From the NCBI GenBank assembly GCA_020425605.1, contig JAGQRH010000001.1, positions 92,650-156,649 of the forward strand: DNA of 64,000 nt, read 5' to 3'. Below are positions 42,937 through 52,393 of the stretch, piece by piece; positions within the stretch are counted from its first letter, which is position 1; every line of letters starts with the position of its first letter. Under the pieces are notes generated by a model, which was not told the DNA's origin, made no database searches, and saw only the letters and a program-made list of their open reading frames with translations. The translations under genes and the position numbers were made by a program. Source of the stretch: Planctomycetota bacterium. GTDB taxonomy: Bacteria; Planctomycetota; UBA8742; UBA2392.

Positions 42937-43800
42937 ATGGCCGATCCCTCTGAGATCTTTGATGCGAAGTTCCTGCGCCAGCTTGAGGCGCTGGATGCCG
43001 CGCTGTTGCGCCTGCGCGGCAGCCTGGGCGAAGGCACACGGGGGCACGGGCGAACCCAGGGACAGAGTGAGTTTCGCGGGCATCGGCCATACTCTCCAGG
43101 CGACGACCTTCGGCGTCTCGACTGGAATGCCTACGGGCGTCTCGGCAAGTTCTTCATGCGCGAGTATGAGCGCGAGCGCGCCGAGCACATCACGATCCTG
43201 CTGGACTGCTCACGCTCCATGGCGGCAGGCACGCCGCCCAAATACGTGCTGGCTCGGCGTGCGGCGGCGGCCTTCGGCTACCTGGCGCTCAAGCGCGGCG
43301 GCAGCGCGACTCTGGTCGGCCAGCCGGTGGTCGAGGGCGTTGCGCGCTTCAGCCGATTGCTGGAGCAGCTGACGGATGCTGTGCCGACGAGTGACACCGG
43401 GCTTTCAACCCATGCGAAGGCACTGGCGGCGCGCGGGAAAGCACCAAGCGACCTTGTGGTGATCAGCGACGGCCTGGAGCCGTTGGACTCGTTGCAGCCG
43501 CTGCAGTCACTGAGCGAGCGGCGAACGGCCGTGACGATCGTGCAGGTGTTGGCGCCCGAGGAGCTGGAGCCTCCGCCAGGCGGAATGCTTGAGCTGCGGG
43601 GTTTGGAAGAAGGCGAGACGATCGAGCTGGAACTTGATGCATCAACCATCGCCGCGTACCAGGCCGAGCTGGAGAAACACCTCGAAGGGCTCGAATCGAT
43701 CACCATGCGCCACGCCTGGACGATGGCGCTGACAGACAGCGCGGCCGATCTGCAGCAACTGTTCATCGGCAAGCTGCTTCCTGCGGGGGCGAGCCTATGA
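42937..43800 (+). CDS. DUF58 (MoxR-associated vWA) protein
   Basis: EFRGHRPYSPGDDLRRLDW; MIDAS LDCSRSM and ISDG. Confidence 0.9.
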   Translation: MADPSEIFDAKFLRQLEALDAALLRLRGSLGEGTRGHGRTQGQSEFRGHRPYSPGDDLRRLDWNAYGRLGKFFMREYERERAEHITILLDCSRSMAAGTPPKYVLARRAAAAFGYLALKRGGSATLVGQPVVEGVARFSRLLEQLTDAVPTSDTGLSTHAKALAARGKAPSDLVVISDGLEPLDSLQPLQSLSERRTAVTIVQVLAPEELEPPPGGMLELRGLEEGETIELELDASTIAAYQAELEKHLEGLESITMRHAWTMALTDSAADLQQLFIGKLLPAGASL

Positions 43801-45275
43801 CCCTGCTGGCCTGGCCGGCAATGCTGCTCTTGTCTGCCGCTGCAATCCTGATTGCGCTGGCGGCGTGGCGGCAGGGCCCGAAGCATCGCGAAGTCGGCAC
43901 GTTGCTGATATGGCGTCGCGTCGCGGACCAGCACGTCGCGCGCCAAGAGCGCCGCCGCAGCTTTGACCTTTTGCTTTGGACTCTGCTGGCAGGCGTGATC
44001 GTCGGCGGAATTGCGGCGACGCGACCGGCGTGGATGGTGCATGCGGGCGTAATGCGCGTGGCGGTTTATGTCGAGCCCACTGGTCCGGGGAACCAGCAGC
44101 TGGACATGGACGAGGTCAGGCAGCGGGCCGAGGACTTCGCGTTGAGTTCGGTGGCTCGCGGCAGCGGTGAGTTGGACGCTGACATTGAGCTGACATTTTT
44201 CCTGCCGAGTGACGGCCTCGCCCAACAAGCCGACGTGCGCCGATTGCAACCCGGACCGTTGCGTGCCGAGCTGGCTCAATTCGATGTAGCCACGGCCAAG
44301 TTTGACGGGCGAATCCTGTTCCTGAATGCCCGCCTGTCGCCTGTGGGTCTTGAAGATCTGCTGCTCCCACGGGTTCTTCAGCGCCGTCACGGAGTCCTGC
44401 TCAGCGTGTCCGGAGGACGCGAAAGTGTGACCGTGAAGTCTCTGGGCGAGCCGGCTCCCTGGGTAAGCGGTGCAACTCTGATCTCCACGACAAGCGTCGC
44501 TGGCCCGCTGACATCGGCCTACAGACCCAATTCAGCGCAATTCGAAGTGAGAGACGTTTCCGGCACTCGCGCATTCAGGCGCCGGCCGTTGCTGATTGGT
44601 ACCGGCGGTGGCTGGAGCGGTGACGCGCACGTGGCGCTTCTGGACGCGCTCCAACCGGATTCCGCAGATGGACGGCCGCCGGATGTCTGGCTTGGCAGTG
44701 ACGAGCAAATGCCTGCTGTGCGAGTGAGCGCCGGCGACTCCGCAGACCTGTCCAAGGCCGAACTGGCATTCGATCCGCAGCACCCACTGTTCCGCGACCT
44801 TCCACTGGCCGACTTTCAGTGGCTGGCCGAAGGCAAGCTGATGGCCCCTGCTGACAACGTCCAGTCGCTGTTGACGGCCGTTGTGGATGGGGAGCCGGTG
44901 GGGGACCTCGTGCGGCTGCGCGACGGTGGCAAGGTGCTGGAGTTCGCGGGCGACCCATTCACGCGCGCGCCGGTGGCATCGGCGGCGCTGTTGCTCGACA
45001 ACGCGATAGGGGTTGTCAGTGGCGTGCGCCCCAGTGAATGGCAGGGTTTCGAGCAAGTCGAAGGCCCCGGCTTGCTCACTGAGCGGCAGGCCCAAGCCGA
45101 CTACTTTGATCCGCGGGGCAGTCTTGACATGGCAAGCCGAAGCTCCGAGCCGCTTGAGTTCTCGACGTGGCTGTGCGTTGCAGCGGGACTGCTTCTGTTG
45201 GTTGCGGCGGCGATTGCTGCGCAAAGCAAAAACCCCCGGCCGAAGCCGGGGGCTGTTGTGAGATCGATTGGCTAG
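43797..45275 (+). CDS. BatA N-terminal domain protein with C-terminal TM
   Basis: L.WP..LL....ILI...REVGTLLIW..., RSFDLLLW..ATRP; no intact DxSxS motif. Confidence 0.7.
   Translation: MTLLAWPAMLLLSAAAILIALAAWRQGPKHREVGTLLIWRRVADQHVARQERRRSFDLLLWTLLAGVIVGGIAATRPAWMVHAGVMRVAVYVEPTGPGNQQLDMDEVRQRAEDFALSSVARGSGELDADIELTFFLPSDGLAQQADVRRLQPGPLRAELAQFDVATAKFDGRILFLNARLSPVGLEDLLLPRVLQRRHGVLLSVSGGRESVTVKSLGEPAPWVSGATLISTTSVAGPLTSAYRPNSAQFEVRDVSGTRAFRRRPLLIGTGGGWSGDAHVALLDALQPDSADGRPPDVWLGSDEQMPAVRVSAGDSADLSKAELAFDPQHPLFRDLPLADFQWLAEGKLMAPADNVQSLLTAVVDGEPVGDLVRLRDGGKVLEFAGDPFTRAPVASAALLLDNAIGVVSGVRPSEWQGFEQVEGPGLLTERQAQADYFDPRGSLDMASRSSEPLEFSTWLCVAAGLLLLVAAAIAAQSKNPRPKPGAVVRSIG
45228..45252 (-). terminator. 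Rho-independent terminator overlapping the 3' end of the convergent batA-like gene
   Basis: cccccggc-ttcg-gccggggg-ttttt on the minus strand. Confidence 0.8.
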
Positions 45276-46051
45276 CGGAAGCGGTCTTCGTCGACCTTGA
45301 TGATGCCGAGGAATTCGCGGACCTTGCGCTCGAGCTTGTTGACTCGGAACACGTTGTCGACGACCAGAGACTTGTGCTGGTCCGACGCGCCGGGCTTGAA
45401 AATCAGGCGGCCGCTGCCGAACAGCATGAACTCGAAGATGTCCGGGATTTCCTTTTCTACCTGCATGTTGATGGTCGCGTAGTGGCGCTCGTCGCCGAGG
45501 ATGCCGTGCTTGTGCGTGAGGCGGTTGGGCGCCAGCACCCAGTAATTGAACCGCGTCGAGACGAACGCCATCAGCATCAGGATCGCCAGCACGGCCGCGA
45601 TCATGGCGTAGAAGTTCGGGTGCATGGCGAGGCGCTGCGCCCGGAAAAAGTCGTAGATTCCGCCATACACCGCGATGTCGGACTGCAGGTCCCACACCCA
45701 AAGCCCAAGCAGACCCGCGCCGATGACAGCGATGGTTGCGATGAAGTTGTTGCGGCCGAAGTCGAACGTGTGCACCAGAAGGTTAAAGAAGAAGACGAGG
45801 ATCCACCACCAGCCCAGTGCCGAAGGATCGACCATGGAGCTGGCAGGGCTGCCGGAAGCGTCCATTTCACTCAAGCCACCACCCAGGAAATAGAACAGCA
45901 GTGAAACCACCATCACCGGCCACAACAGCACGACCTTTGGGAACGGGTGGATGACGATGCGGTCAAGTGCCTCGCGCTCCTGGACTTTCTTCTTCGCCTC
46001 GGCCACCGAGACTTCCGCGGGTTCCGCTTTGGGTTGTTCGTTCTCGGCCAT
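45272..46051 (-). CDS. Membrane protein with C-terminal bacterial PH-like domain
   Basis: 4 TM helices; YWVLAPNRL.HKHGILG..and FMLFGSGRLIF; RBS GGAG before ATG 46051. Confidence 0.65.
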   Translation of the reverse strand: MAENEQPKAEPAEVSVAEAKKKVQEREALDRIVIHPFPKVVLLWPVMVVSLLFYFLGGGLSEMDASGSPASSMVDPSALGWWWILVFFFNLLVHTFDFGRNNFIATIAVIGAGLLGLWVWDLQSDIAVYGGIYDFFRAQRLAMHPNFYAMIAAVLAILMLMAFVSTRFNYWVLAPNRLTHKHGILGDERHYATINMQVEKEIPDIFEFMLFGSGRLIFKPGASDQHKSLVVDNVFRVNKLERKVREFLGIIKVDEDRFR

Positions 46052-46112
46052 TTCGATCTCCGTCTTTGTGGCGGCAGCATAGTAGCTGTCGCACGTCGCA
46101 GGAACAGTCGAG

Positions 46113-47399
46113 CTACTCGCCCTTGACGACCTGCGGCAACGCAATCTGACGTATCGCCGCGATCTTCTTCTTGGCCTCCGGCGTGGCTGCGTAGCTGTCC
46201 CGCAGTGCCTTCATGAAGTTCAACTGGGCCCGCCCGGCGTGCAGGATGTCCCAGGTCGGGACCAGCGATGCATCAATCTCCGCCTTGGGTGCAAGCTGCG
46301 CTGACAGTGCGTTCACCCAGTCGTCGAACAGGTAGTCGGCCGCATCGAGAGTCTCGGCCGCGAGCGCCGTTTGCCCTGCAATCCACTCGCGCAGCTGCGG
46401 CTTTACCTGGGCCAGCTCATTTACCGTGACCGGGTGTATGTAGCCCATCTGCAGCACGATTCCGGTCGAGTAGAAGTCTATGCCCGCGATGCCCTCGATC
46501 TCGGGTGCGATCGCCACGGCCTTTTGCTGCGACGTGCAGACCTTGAACATCTCGTCGTGGAACCATTCCTTGAGTTCGCACTCATCCACGACCTTTTCGA
46601 GGTCCCAGGTGGCGTCGGTGTAGCCTTTCTGCAGCGCATCCCAGCGCTCGTCGTATTCTTCGCCGAGCTTCTTCAGCTGCTCGATCTGGTCATCACTCAG
46701 TGGAACGCCGGCGGCTGCCAGCTGGCCGGCCAGTGTGTTGACGGTGTTCGCCGGATGGGTGAACTGTCCGTTGGGGCCGGAGTTGCTCGGCAGCTTGTTG
46801 AAGAAGCTGACCAGGTGGTTTTGTAGCTTCACGTTGAGCGCCGCGATCTGCTTCGGCCCTTCGGGATCCGGTTGGCGGCCCTCGCGGAGAGCGGTGACAC
46901 GCTCCTTCAATATTGCGTCGAGCTTTGTGTAGACATCGCCGATTTCTTTCCAGTTGGCGTTGCGCAGTCCCTCGACTTCACCCCATTTGCCGAAGCTTAC
47001 TGGAAGCTCGCCGGTCTTGCCTTCCGGTTGGGCGGCGGCCTCGAGCGCAGTGTTCAGCTCGTCGATCTTGCCCTCGAGCTTTGCCTTCTCGGCTTCCAAC
47101 TCGGCCTTGGACTGGCGCAGGTCGCGGTTTTCTGTTTCCAGCTCGGCCACGCGGTTCTTGCTGGTGGCCAGCAGCGCCTGCAAGTCGCCATCCAAGGATG
47201 CCGTGCCGTCAGCGGACCCGGCTTCGTTGGCCGTCAGCGGCTCCCCACCGCAAAGTGATTGGTTTCCGTTGCTTGCGACGGCCGTGTAGTTTGACGCGGG
47301 TGTCGGTGTGTCTTTCGTGCCCACTGCAAACCAGGTCGCTACGGCGCCCAATAGAAGCGCGATCATGCCGACTGCGACCATTGGAAATACGTCCTTCAT
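46113..47399 (-). CDS. Hypothetical membrane-anchored coiled-coil protein
   Basis: N-terminal TM; heptad region VAELETENRDLRQSKAELEAEKAKLEGKIDEL. Confidence 0.65.
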   Translation of the reverse strand: MKDVFPMVAVGMIALLLGAVATWFAVGTKDTPTPASNYTAVASNGNQSLCGGEPLTANEAGSADGTASLDGDLQALLATSKNRVAELETENRDLRQSKAELEAEKAKLEGKIDELNTALEAAAQPEGKTGELPVSFGKWGEVEGLRNANWKEIGDVYTKLDAILKERVTALREGRQPDPEGPKQIAALNVKLQNHLVSFFNKLPSNSGPNGQFTHPANTVNTLAGQLAAAGVPLSDDQIEQLKKLGEEYDERWDALQKGYTDATWDLEKVVDECELKEWFHDEMFKVCTSQQKAVAIAPEIEGIAGIDFYSTGIVLQMGYIHPVTVNELAQVKPQLREWIAGQTALAAETLDAADYLFDDWVNALSAQLAPKAEIDASLVPTWDILHAGRAQLNFMKALRDSYAATPEAKKKIAAIRQIALPQVVKGE

Positions 47400-47402
47400 G
47401 TC

Positions 47403-48401
47403 CTAGCCCTCCGATTCAGCGTTGCGTGCGTCCTCAATTGCCTTTTGCTCGTCCAGCAGGCCCTGGTTGCGCGGCGCATGGTCGAGCCCGGCCTGTACCT
47501 TGGCGGCTGCTTCGTCCAGTTTGTTCTGCTTGCGGTACCAAAGGCCGTAGGCGGCGTAGATGTCTGCGAAGCGATCTTCCCAGGTCATCTTGGCCTGCAT
47601 GTCGAGTGCTTTGTCGAGGTCCTTGTCAGCGCCCGTGAACTCGGGCAGGAAAGTCGGGTAGTTGACCTTCAGGATCGCCAGGAAGTGCTGCGCCTCGTAG
47701 TAGTCCGGGTCGATCTCGAGTGCCTTTTCCGTTTCCTTCTTGATGTCAGTTGCCAGCGCACCCTGTTGAAGCGGGTTCTTGATGTCCTGGAAGCGCGTGG
47801 TCAGCACGCGGGCCAGCGCCATTCGGGCGTGCTTGTTCTCGGGCTCGTCTTTGACCCATTGCTGGATGCTGGCGATGAACTCGTCGCGTGTCTGCTTGTC
47901 GGCCGTGTTGATCAGGCCGACGGCCTCGCGGAGCGACGTCATGTCCGTCTCGCCCTTTACCAGCCGCAGCAGGTCCTGGAGCTTGTGCTTCACTTCCGGG
48001 TCGGGCGTCGGCTCGGCCGGGGTTTCCTCGGGCTTGGTCGGCTCAGTTGTTTCCTTCGGCGGCTCAGTGACGGGCGGTGCCGCCTTGAGCGTGTCGATTT
48101 CAAGCTGCAATTCGCCGATGCGTTTCTGGAGTCGAGCGACCTGTTCCGGGTCACTATCCTTGTTCGCCCGTTCCAGCTTCACGCGGAGGTCGTCGGCTTC
48201 GCCCTGCGCGTCGCGCAGCTTGCCGTCCAGGTCCGTGACTTGCTCCTGCAGCGTGTCATTTCGCTGATTGCTCTGCTTGACGCTGGCCTCCAACGTCTTG
48301 ACCTGTCCTTGCAGGCTGGCGATTTGTTCGTCTTTCTTTCCACTACTGCAACCGGCCAGCAGGGCCGCGCAGGTGGCCATCGCGATGAGTGTCTTCTTCA
48401 A
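47403..48401 (-). CDS. Coiled-coil + TPR lipoprotein
   Basis: Lipobox LAGC; long coiled coil; KALEIDPDYYEA TPR motif. Confidence 0.75.
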   Translation of the reverse strand: MKKTLIAMATCAALLAGCSSGKKDEQIASLQGQVKTLEASVKQSNQRNDTLQEQVTDLDGKLRDAQGEADDLRVKLERANKDSDPEQVARLQKRIGELQLEIDTLKAAPPVTEPPKETTEPTKPEETPAEPTPDPEVKHKLQDLLRLVKGETDMTSLREAVGLINTADKQTRDEFIASIQQWVKDEPENKHARMALARVLTTRFQDIKNPLQQGALATDIKKETEKALEIDPDYYEAQHFLAILKVNYPTFLPEFTGADKDLDKALDMQAKMTWEDRFADIYAAYGLWYRKQNKLDEAAAKVQAGLDHAPRNQGLLDEQKAIEDARNAESEG

Positions 48402-48564
48402 AAGTCATCTCCCGTGAGTCGTCACTGAAACCCAGCCTATCTATCTGTCGTCGCAACACCTTTGCAAAGCGTTCGAGCCTTTATAACCGTCTTCCGCCTC
48501 ATGTTACGCGGGCTATCATGCGCGCGCGTCCGCGCATTTTGGCGTGCAGGCGCGAAGGGCGACG

Positions 48565-50874
48565 ATGGACGGCAAAACCCAGCGGTACTTCATATTCGGC
48601 CTGTTGATCTTGCTGTTGGCAGTGCTTGCGGTTGATCCGCGTGTTCCGGCATATCGCTCAACCTACGATCAGCGCGCGACCGAGCGCGAGATCGCCCAGT
48701 GGAAGCAGGACATCAAGCGCTGGAGACGCTCGCCGACGTGGCAGCGATTCGGCGAGAAGCCGCCCGGGGACCCGCTGGGCAAGCCCGAATTCAGCGCCAG
48801 CTATATTTTCGGCAAGTACGACTACCGCGTCGACCTGCAGATTCGCGGAGACACGCTGCACTTCATTTCATGGGGCAGCGACGACCAGGACAATGGCGGG
48901 GCGTGGTATGCAGTCGGCGAAGGGCACCAGCTGGAGAATGGTGAGTGGTTCAGCGTCTGGTCGTGCCTCGACATCAGCCGTGCGGTCAGCAACGGTGGCG
49001 GCGCTTGGTTCAGGTTCAGCGGCAACCGCGACCGCATCGATGTTCGCTACTATCACGACACGTTGCCATTCGGCGAGAACCCCATTGAGCTTGGTGAGGC
49101 TGTGCGCGTGAATCTCAAGCCGCTTGAGGACATGCCGGCCGATCGGGCGTCTGTTATCGCGAACTCCGACTGGGCCGACTACCCGCTTGAAGGACGCATC
49201 CGCACGAACACGCCTACCGTCAGCGCGCCCGAAGATTCTCGATTCGTGATCTGGGGTCGTGTTGTCGACGATGCCGGCGAGCCGGTGGACGGCGCGGCCG
49301 TGAAGCGTCGGGCGGCCGGAAGAGTCGAGGCCGTGACGGATGCGCGCGGTTTCTTCAGGCTCGAACTCGAAAAGATTGAGGCGCTGACCCTGCTTTGCGC
49401 AGGCAAGCTGGGCTACACCAACGGGATCGTGACGCTTGAGCAGGATACTGCGTTCAGCGCCATTGGGCCCGAACGCAATCGAGATCGCATTGCTCTGGCG
49501 ACGATAAAGCTGCGGCCGATCGATCGCACGGACTATGCCGGCTACGAGTGGGTCAGCCCGGCTTACCTGCCGCGCTCGAAGTACGACCCGGCCGAGCACC
49601 TGAATTGCGGCAATTGCCACCGCCGCGAATTCGACGCCTGGAAGACCTCGCGCCACGCGACGATGGCAAAGAATGTCTGGACTCGCGCAGCCTTTGAACG
49701 TGACGCGCGGCCTCACGCCCAGGCCGAGGGAAGCAATACGGACGCGTGCACGCCGTGTCATTCGCCCAGTCTTGCGGCGAAGCTGGACAAGTTCCATCTC
49801 GACGGTACGACCCTGCTCAATGCAGCGGGTGTTGATCTCGACGGCAACCACTGCGATTTCTGCCACAAGATCGAGGCTGTCACCAACCCGGAGGCGCCGG
49901 GCATGGCGGGGGCAATCCGGTTGCTGCGTCCAAACCCGGCAGACGACACATTTCCGGGACGAATCAAGCGCGTGTTCGGTCCGTTGCCGGACGTCAGCTA
50001 CCTTTACATGGGCGCGAGCTACAATCCGCTGTTTGAGATGGGGACGCTCTGTGCCAGCTGCCACGAGCACGATACTGGCAAGGGTTTTCGGGGTGAGGGA
50101 ACGTACAGCGAGTGGCGCGCCAGCAAGTACGCGCAGCCGGGACCGGACTACAAAGAGTGCCAGTCCTGCCATATGCCACAGTACACGGCGGGCAAGACCG
50201 GGATGGTGACAGGCCCCGATGGAAAGCCGATCTCCGTTCGAATGAGCGGAGACATGTCTTCGGACGAGATCAAGAACAACGGCGTGGCGATCGCGCGCTT
50301 CGCAACGCGCTACCGGCCGTTGAACGAGGCCCACAAGCACAGCTTTGTCGGCACCGAGGACAACGACTTCCTGCGCGACGCGATCACCATGGTCGTCGCG
50401 CAGAAGCCCCTGCGCGATGGACTGCGCGTGACAGTGAGCCTTACCAATGTCGGCGCGGGGCACGCTGCGCCAACGGGGCACGGGCTCAAGCGATATCTGT
50501 TGGCCGTGACCGGTCTAACCGGAGGCGTGCCCCTGGCTGGAGGAACCGGCTTCCCGGTTGGTGAGCGCACCGGTGCGGCCGCCGGCGCGTCGTACGGCGA
50601 AGTGATCGGGCTACAGTTCGCCGACAACACCGGCGCGGACTGGTCTTTGCCGTGGTGGCGCGCGGAGGCAATTGGGCGTGATACGCGCCTTTGGCCGGAC
50701 GAGCCGCGCGTCTTTACGTTCGATATTGCGGGTGCAGATGGAGCCGAGATCAAACTCATACTGCGACGCGGGCCGCCGCCGCTGATTCAATCCCATGGCT
50801 TCGACCCGAGCGGGGGCAAGGTGGGAGACGCGCCGATCGAAGTGGTGGTGCAGCAGCAGAAAGTCGGCCCGTGA
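48565..50874 (+). CDS. Multiheme (5x CxxCH) c-type cytochrome, c554-like, with N-terminal beta domains
   Basis: CGNCH, CTPCH, CDFCH, CASCH and CQSCH; W..SRHA motif; N-terminal anchor; GRVVDDAGEPV.GA.V carboxypeptidase-regulatory-like domain. Confidence 0.88.
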   Translation: MDGKTQRYFIFGLLILLLAVLAVDPRVPAYRSTYDQRATEREIAQWKQDIKRWRRSPTWQRFGEKPPGDPLGKPEFSASYIFGKYDYRVDLQIRGDTLHFISWGSDDQDNGGAWYAVGEGHQLENGEWFSVWSCLDISRAVSNGGGAWFRFSGNRDRIDVRYYHDTLPFGENPIELGEAVRVNLKPLEDMPADRASVIANSDWADYPLEGRIRTNTPTVSAPEDSRFVIWGRVVDDAGEPVDGAAVKRRAAGRVEAVTDARGFFRLELEKIEALTLLCAGKLGYTNGIVTLEQDTAFSAIGPERNRDRIALATIKLRPIDRTDYAGYEWVSPAYLPRSKYDPAEHLNCGNCHRREFDAWKTSRHATMAKNVWTRAAFERDARPHAQAEGSNTDACTPCHSPSLAAKLDKFHLDGTTLLNAAGVDLDGNHCDFCHKIEAVTNPEAPGMAGAIRLLRPNPADDTFPGRIKRVFGPLPDVSYLYMGASYNPLFEMGTLCASCHEHDTGKGFRGEGTYSEWRASKYAQPGPDYKECQSCHMPQYTAGKTGMVTGPDGKPISVRMSGDMSSDEIKNNGVAIARFATRYRPLNEAHKHSFVGTEDNDFLRDAITMVVAQKPLRDGLRVTVSLTNVGAGHAAPTGHGLKRYLLAVTGLTGGVPLAGGTGFPVGERTGAAAGASYGEVIGLQFADNTGADWSLPWWRAEAIGRDTRLWPDEPRVFTFDIAGADGAEIKLILRRGPPPLIQSHGFDPSGGKVGDAPIEVVVQQQKVGP

Positions 50875-50945
50875 AATCAGCCCGCTTGACCACCCGGGTG
50901 ACGCGCCTAGACTCCGGCCCTTTCAAGGGCGCGGGCAGAGGCCGC

Positions 50946-51878
50946 ATGCGACTTGGCTGGTGTATCCTGTTGGCGGTATCGGCGATCAGCTTGCTGCCGA
51001 GCCTCCACGCCCAGTCCGATGACGCCAAGCCCGAAGACATGAAGTTCGACATGAAGCGCCAGCCCTATGAGCGGACGCTTCACCCCAACGAAACGGAACG
51101 CTTCCACGAGGTCGGAGTCGGCGAATTCGGCCTGGCCTGGAACGTGTTCTACACGCTGCGGTCCTACAACATTTCAGACATCCGTGGCGTGGACAACTCG
51201 CTTGCGTCGAATTGGCTGTACGCATTCGACCCTTGGGGACTGGGTGTCCGCGCACATATCGAATACCGCGTCAGCAACGAATGGCGCCTGTCATTCATGC
51301 CGCGAGTGGATGCGGCATTTGGCATCCTGAACACGCAGTACCCGAACACGCATGAGATCGAAGGTGTACCGTTCCGTCGCAACTACCGTGGCGCGAATGA
51401 CGCCCAGAAGTTGAGCCTGAACCTGGAATTCGAGTTCTCAGTTCGCTGGCGGTTCCTGTGGTTCGTGCAGAAGTTCGATGCCTGGATGGTGTTTCGCCGC
51501 CGCGAGATCAGGGCGTTCGACACACTGTACCGGGACCCGCAACTGGGGGCGCTGGGGCGTATCAAAGACCGCGAGCGCGTTGACTGGGAGCAGGCCTACG
51601 TGGTCGGGACGGCAACAGGCGTAGGCTTCGAATTCTTCTTCTTGCCCGAGGCCACGCGATTCACGCTGTTTGCGCTGTGGCGCCCGTTCAACAACGTCAG
51701 CTTCCGTGAAAAGGGTGGACTGACGAACGGTCTGGAAATCGTCGTGCGGTCGTCAGACTTCGAGCTGACGAACCAGTTCGGGATCTTCTTCGAAGCGTCC
51801 GTTCAGATGTACCTGCCGACGGACGAGTTCAACGACGTCTATTACTCTCAGTTCAGCATCGGCGTGAAGTTCAGGTAA
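50946..51878 (+). CDS. Putative outer-membrane beta-barrel protein
   Basis: Signal peptide; about 10-12 amphipathic aromatic-rich strands; C-terminal YSQFSIGVKFR. Confidence 0.65.
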   Translation: MRLGWCILLAVSAISLLPSLHAQSDDAKPEDMKFDMKRQPYERTLHPNETERFHEVGVGEFGLAWNVFYTLRSYNISDIRGVDNSLASNWLYAFDPWGLGVRAHIEYRVSNEWRLSFMPRVDAAFGILNTQYPNTHEIEGVPFRRNYRGANDAQKLSLNLEFEFSVRWRFLWFVQKFDAWMVFRRREIRAFDTLYRDPQLGALGRIKDRERVDWEQAYVVGTATGVGFEFFFLPEATRFTLFALWRPFNNVSFREKGGLTNGLEIVVRSSDFELTNQFGIFFEASVQMYLPTDEFNDVYYSQFSIGVKFR

Positions 51879-51884
51879 GTCGCC

Positions 51885-52178
51885 CTACTCAACCACGATC
51901 TGCTGGTCCTGCTGCGGTTGAGGCGGCTCCTTGGGCAACAGCCCGAGTGGGCCAAGGGCGTGAAACGTCAGGAAGCCGCACTGGTTACAGGCTACGCAGA
52001 CGCTGGGAATCAGGTTTCGCACGCCTTCGTCTTCCAGCTTGTCCACCATGCCGAAGACGGCGAACCCATCGACCAGGCTGAACTTGTCACTGCCGCACCT
52101 CGGGCAGGGGCGATTCACACCCTTGTCGTGCAGGCGTTTGACGATGTCTTCGCGTTTTTCCTGGGTCCACTCGCTCAT
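51885..52178 (-). CDS. Small Zn-ribbon protein
   Basis: CPRCG...CNQCG; GGAGG RBS. Confidence 0.7.
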   Translation of the reverse strand: MSEWTQEKREDIVKRLHDKGVNRPCPRCGSDKFSLVDGFAVFGMVDKLEDEGVRNLIPSVCVACNQCGFLTFHALGPLGLLPKEPPQPQQDQQIVVE

Positions 52179-52228
52179 GGCTGCCTCCGTGAGTTACACT
52201 AGATTTGCGACGCGGCCGGACAAGCCTC

Positions 52229-52393
52229 ATGCAACGCTGCCCATATTGCGGATACCAGGGTGAACTCGTGTGGGTGCACGGCCACGGGCAGTGCGGCCGT
52301 TGCGGCATCAACGTGGATCCCTGCTGTGATGGTGGTGAGTGTGCGCCCGTGAAGCAGCCTAGTCCTGAGACGCAGCAGCCGGATTCTCGATGA
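52229..52393 (+). CDS. Small Cys-rich protein (54 aa)
   Basis: CPYCG...VHGHGQCGRC..N..PCC.G..C; 7 Cys. Confidence 0.6.
   Translation: MQRCPYCGYQGELVWVHGHGQCGRCGINVDPCCDGGECAPVKQPSPETQQPDSR

Noticed and set aside
48565-50874. NrfA nitrite reductase call for the pentaheme protein
   Set aside because: All five motifs are CxxCH; the catalytic CxxCK is absent and the domain layout differs.
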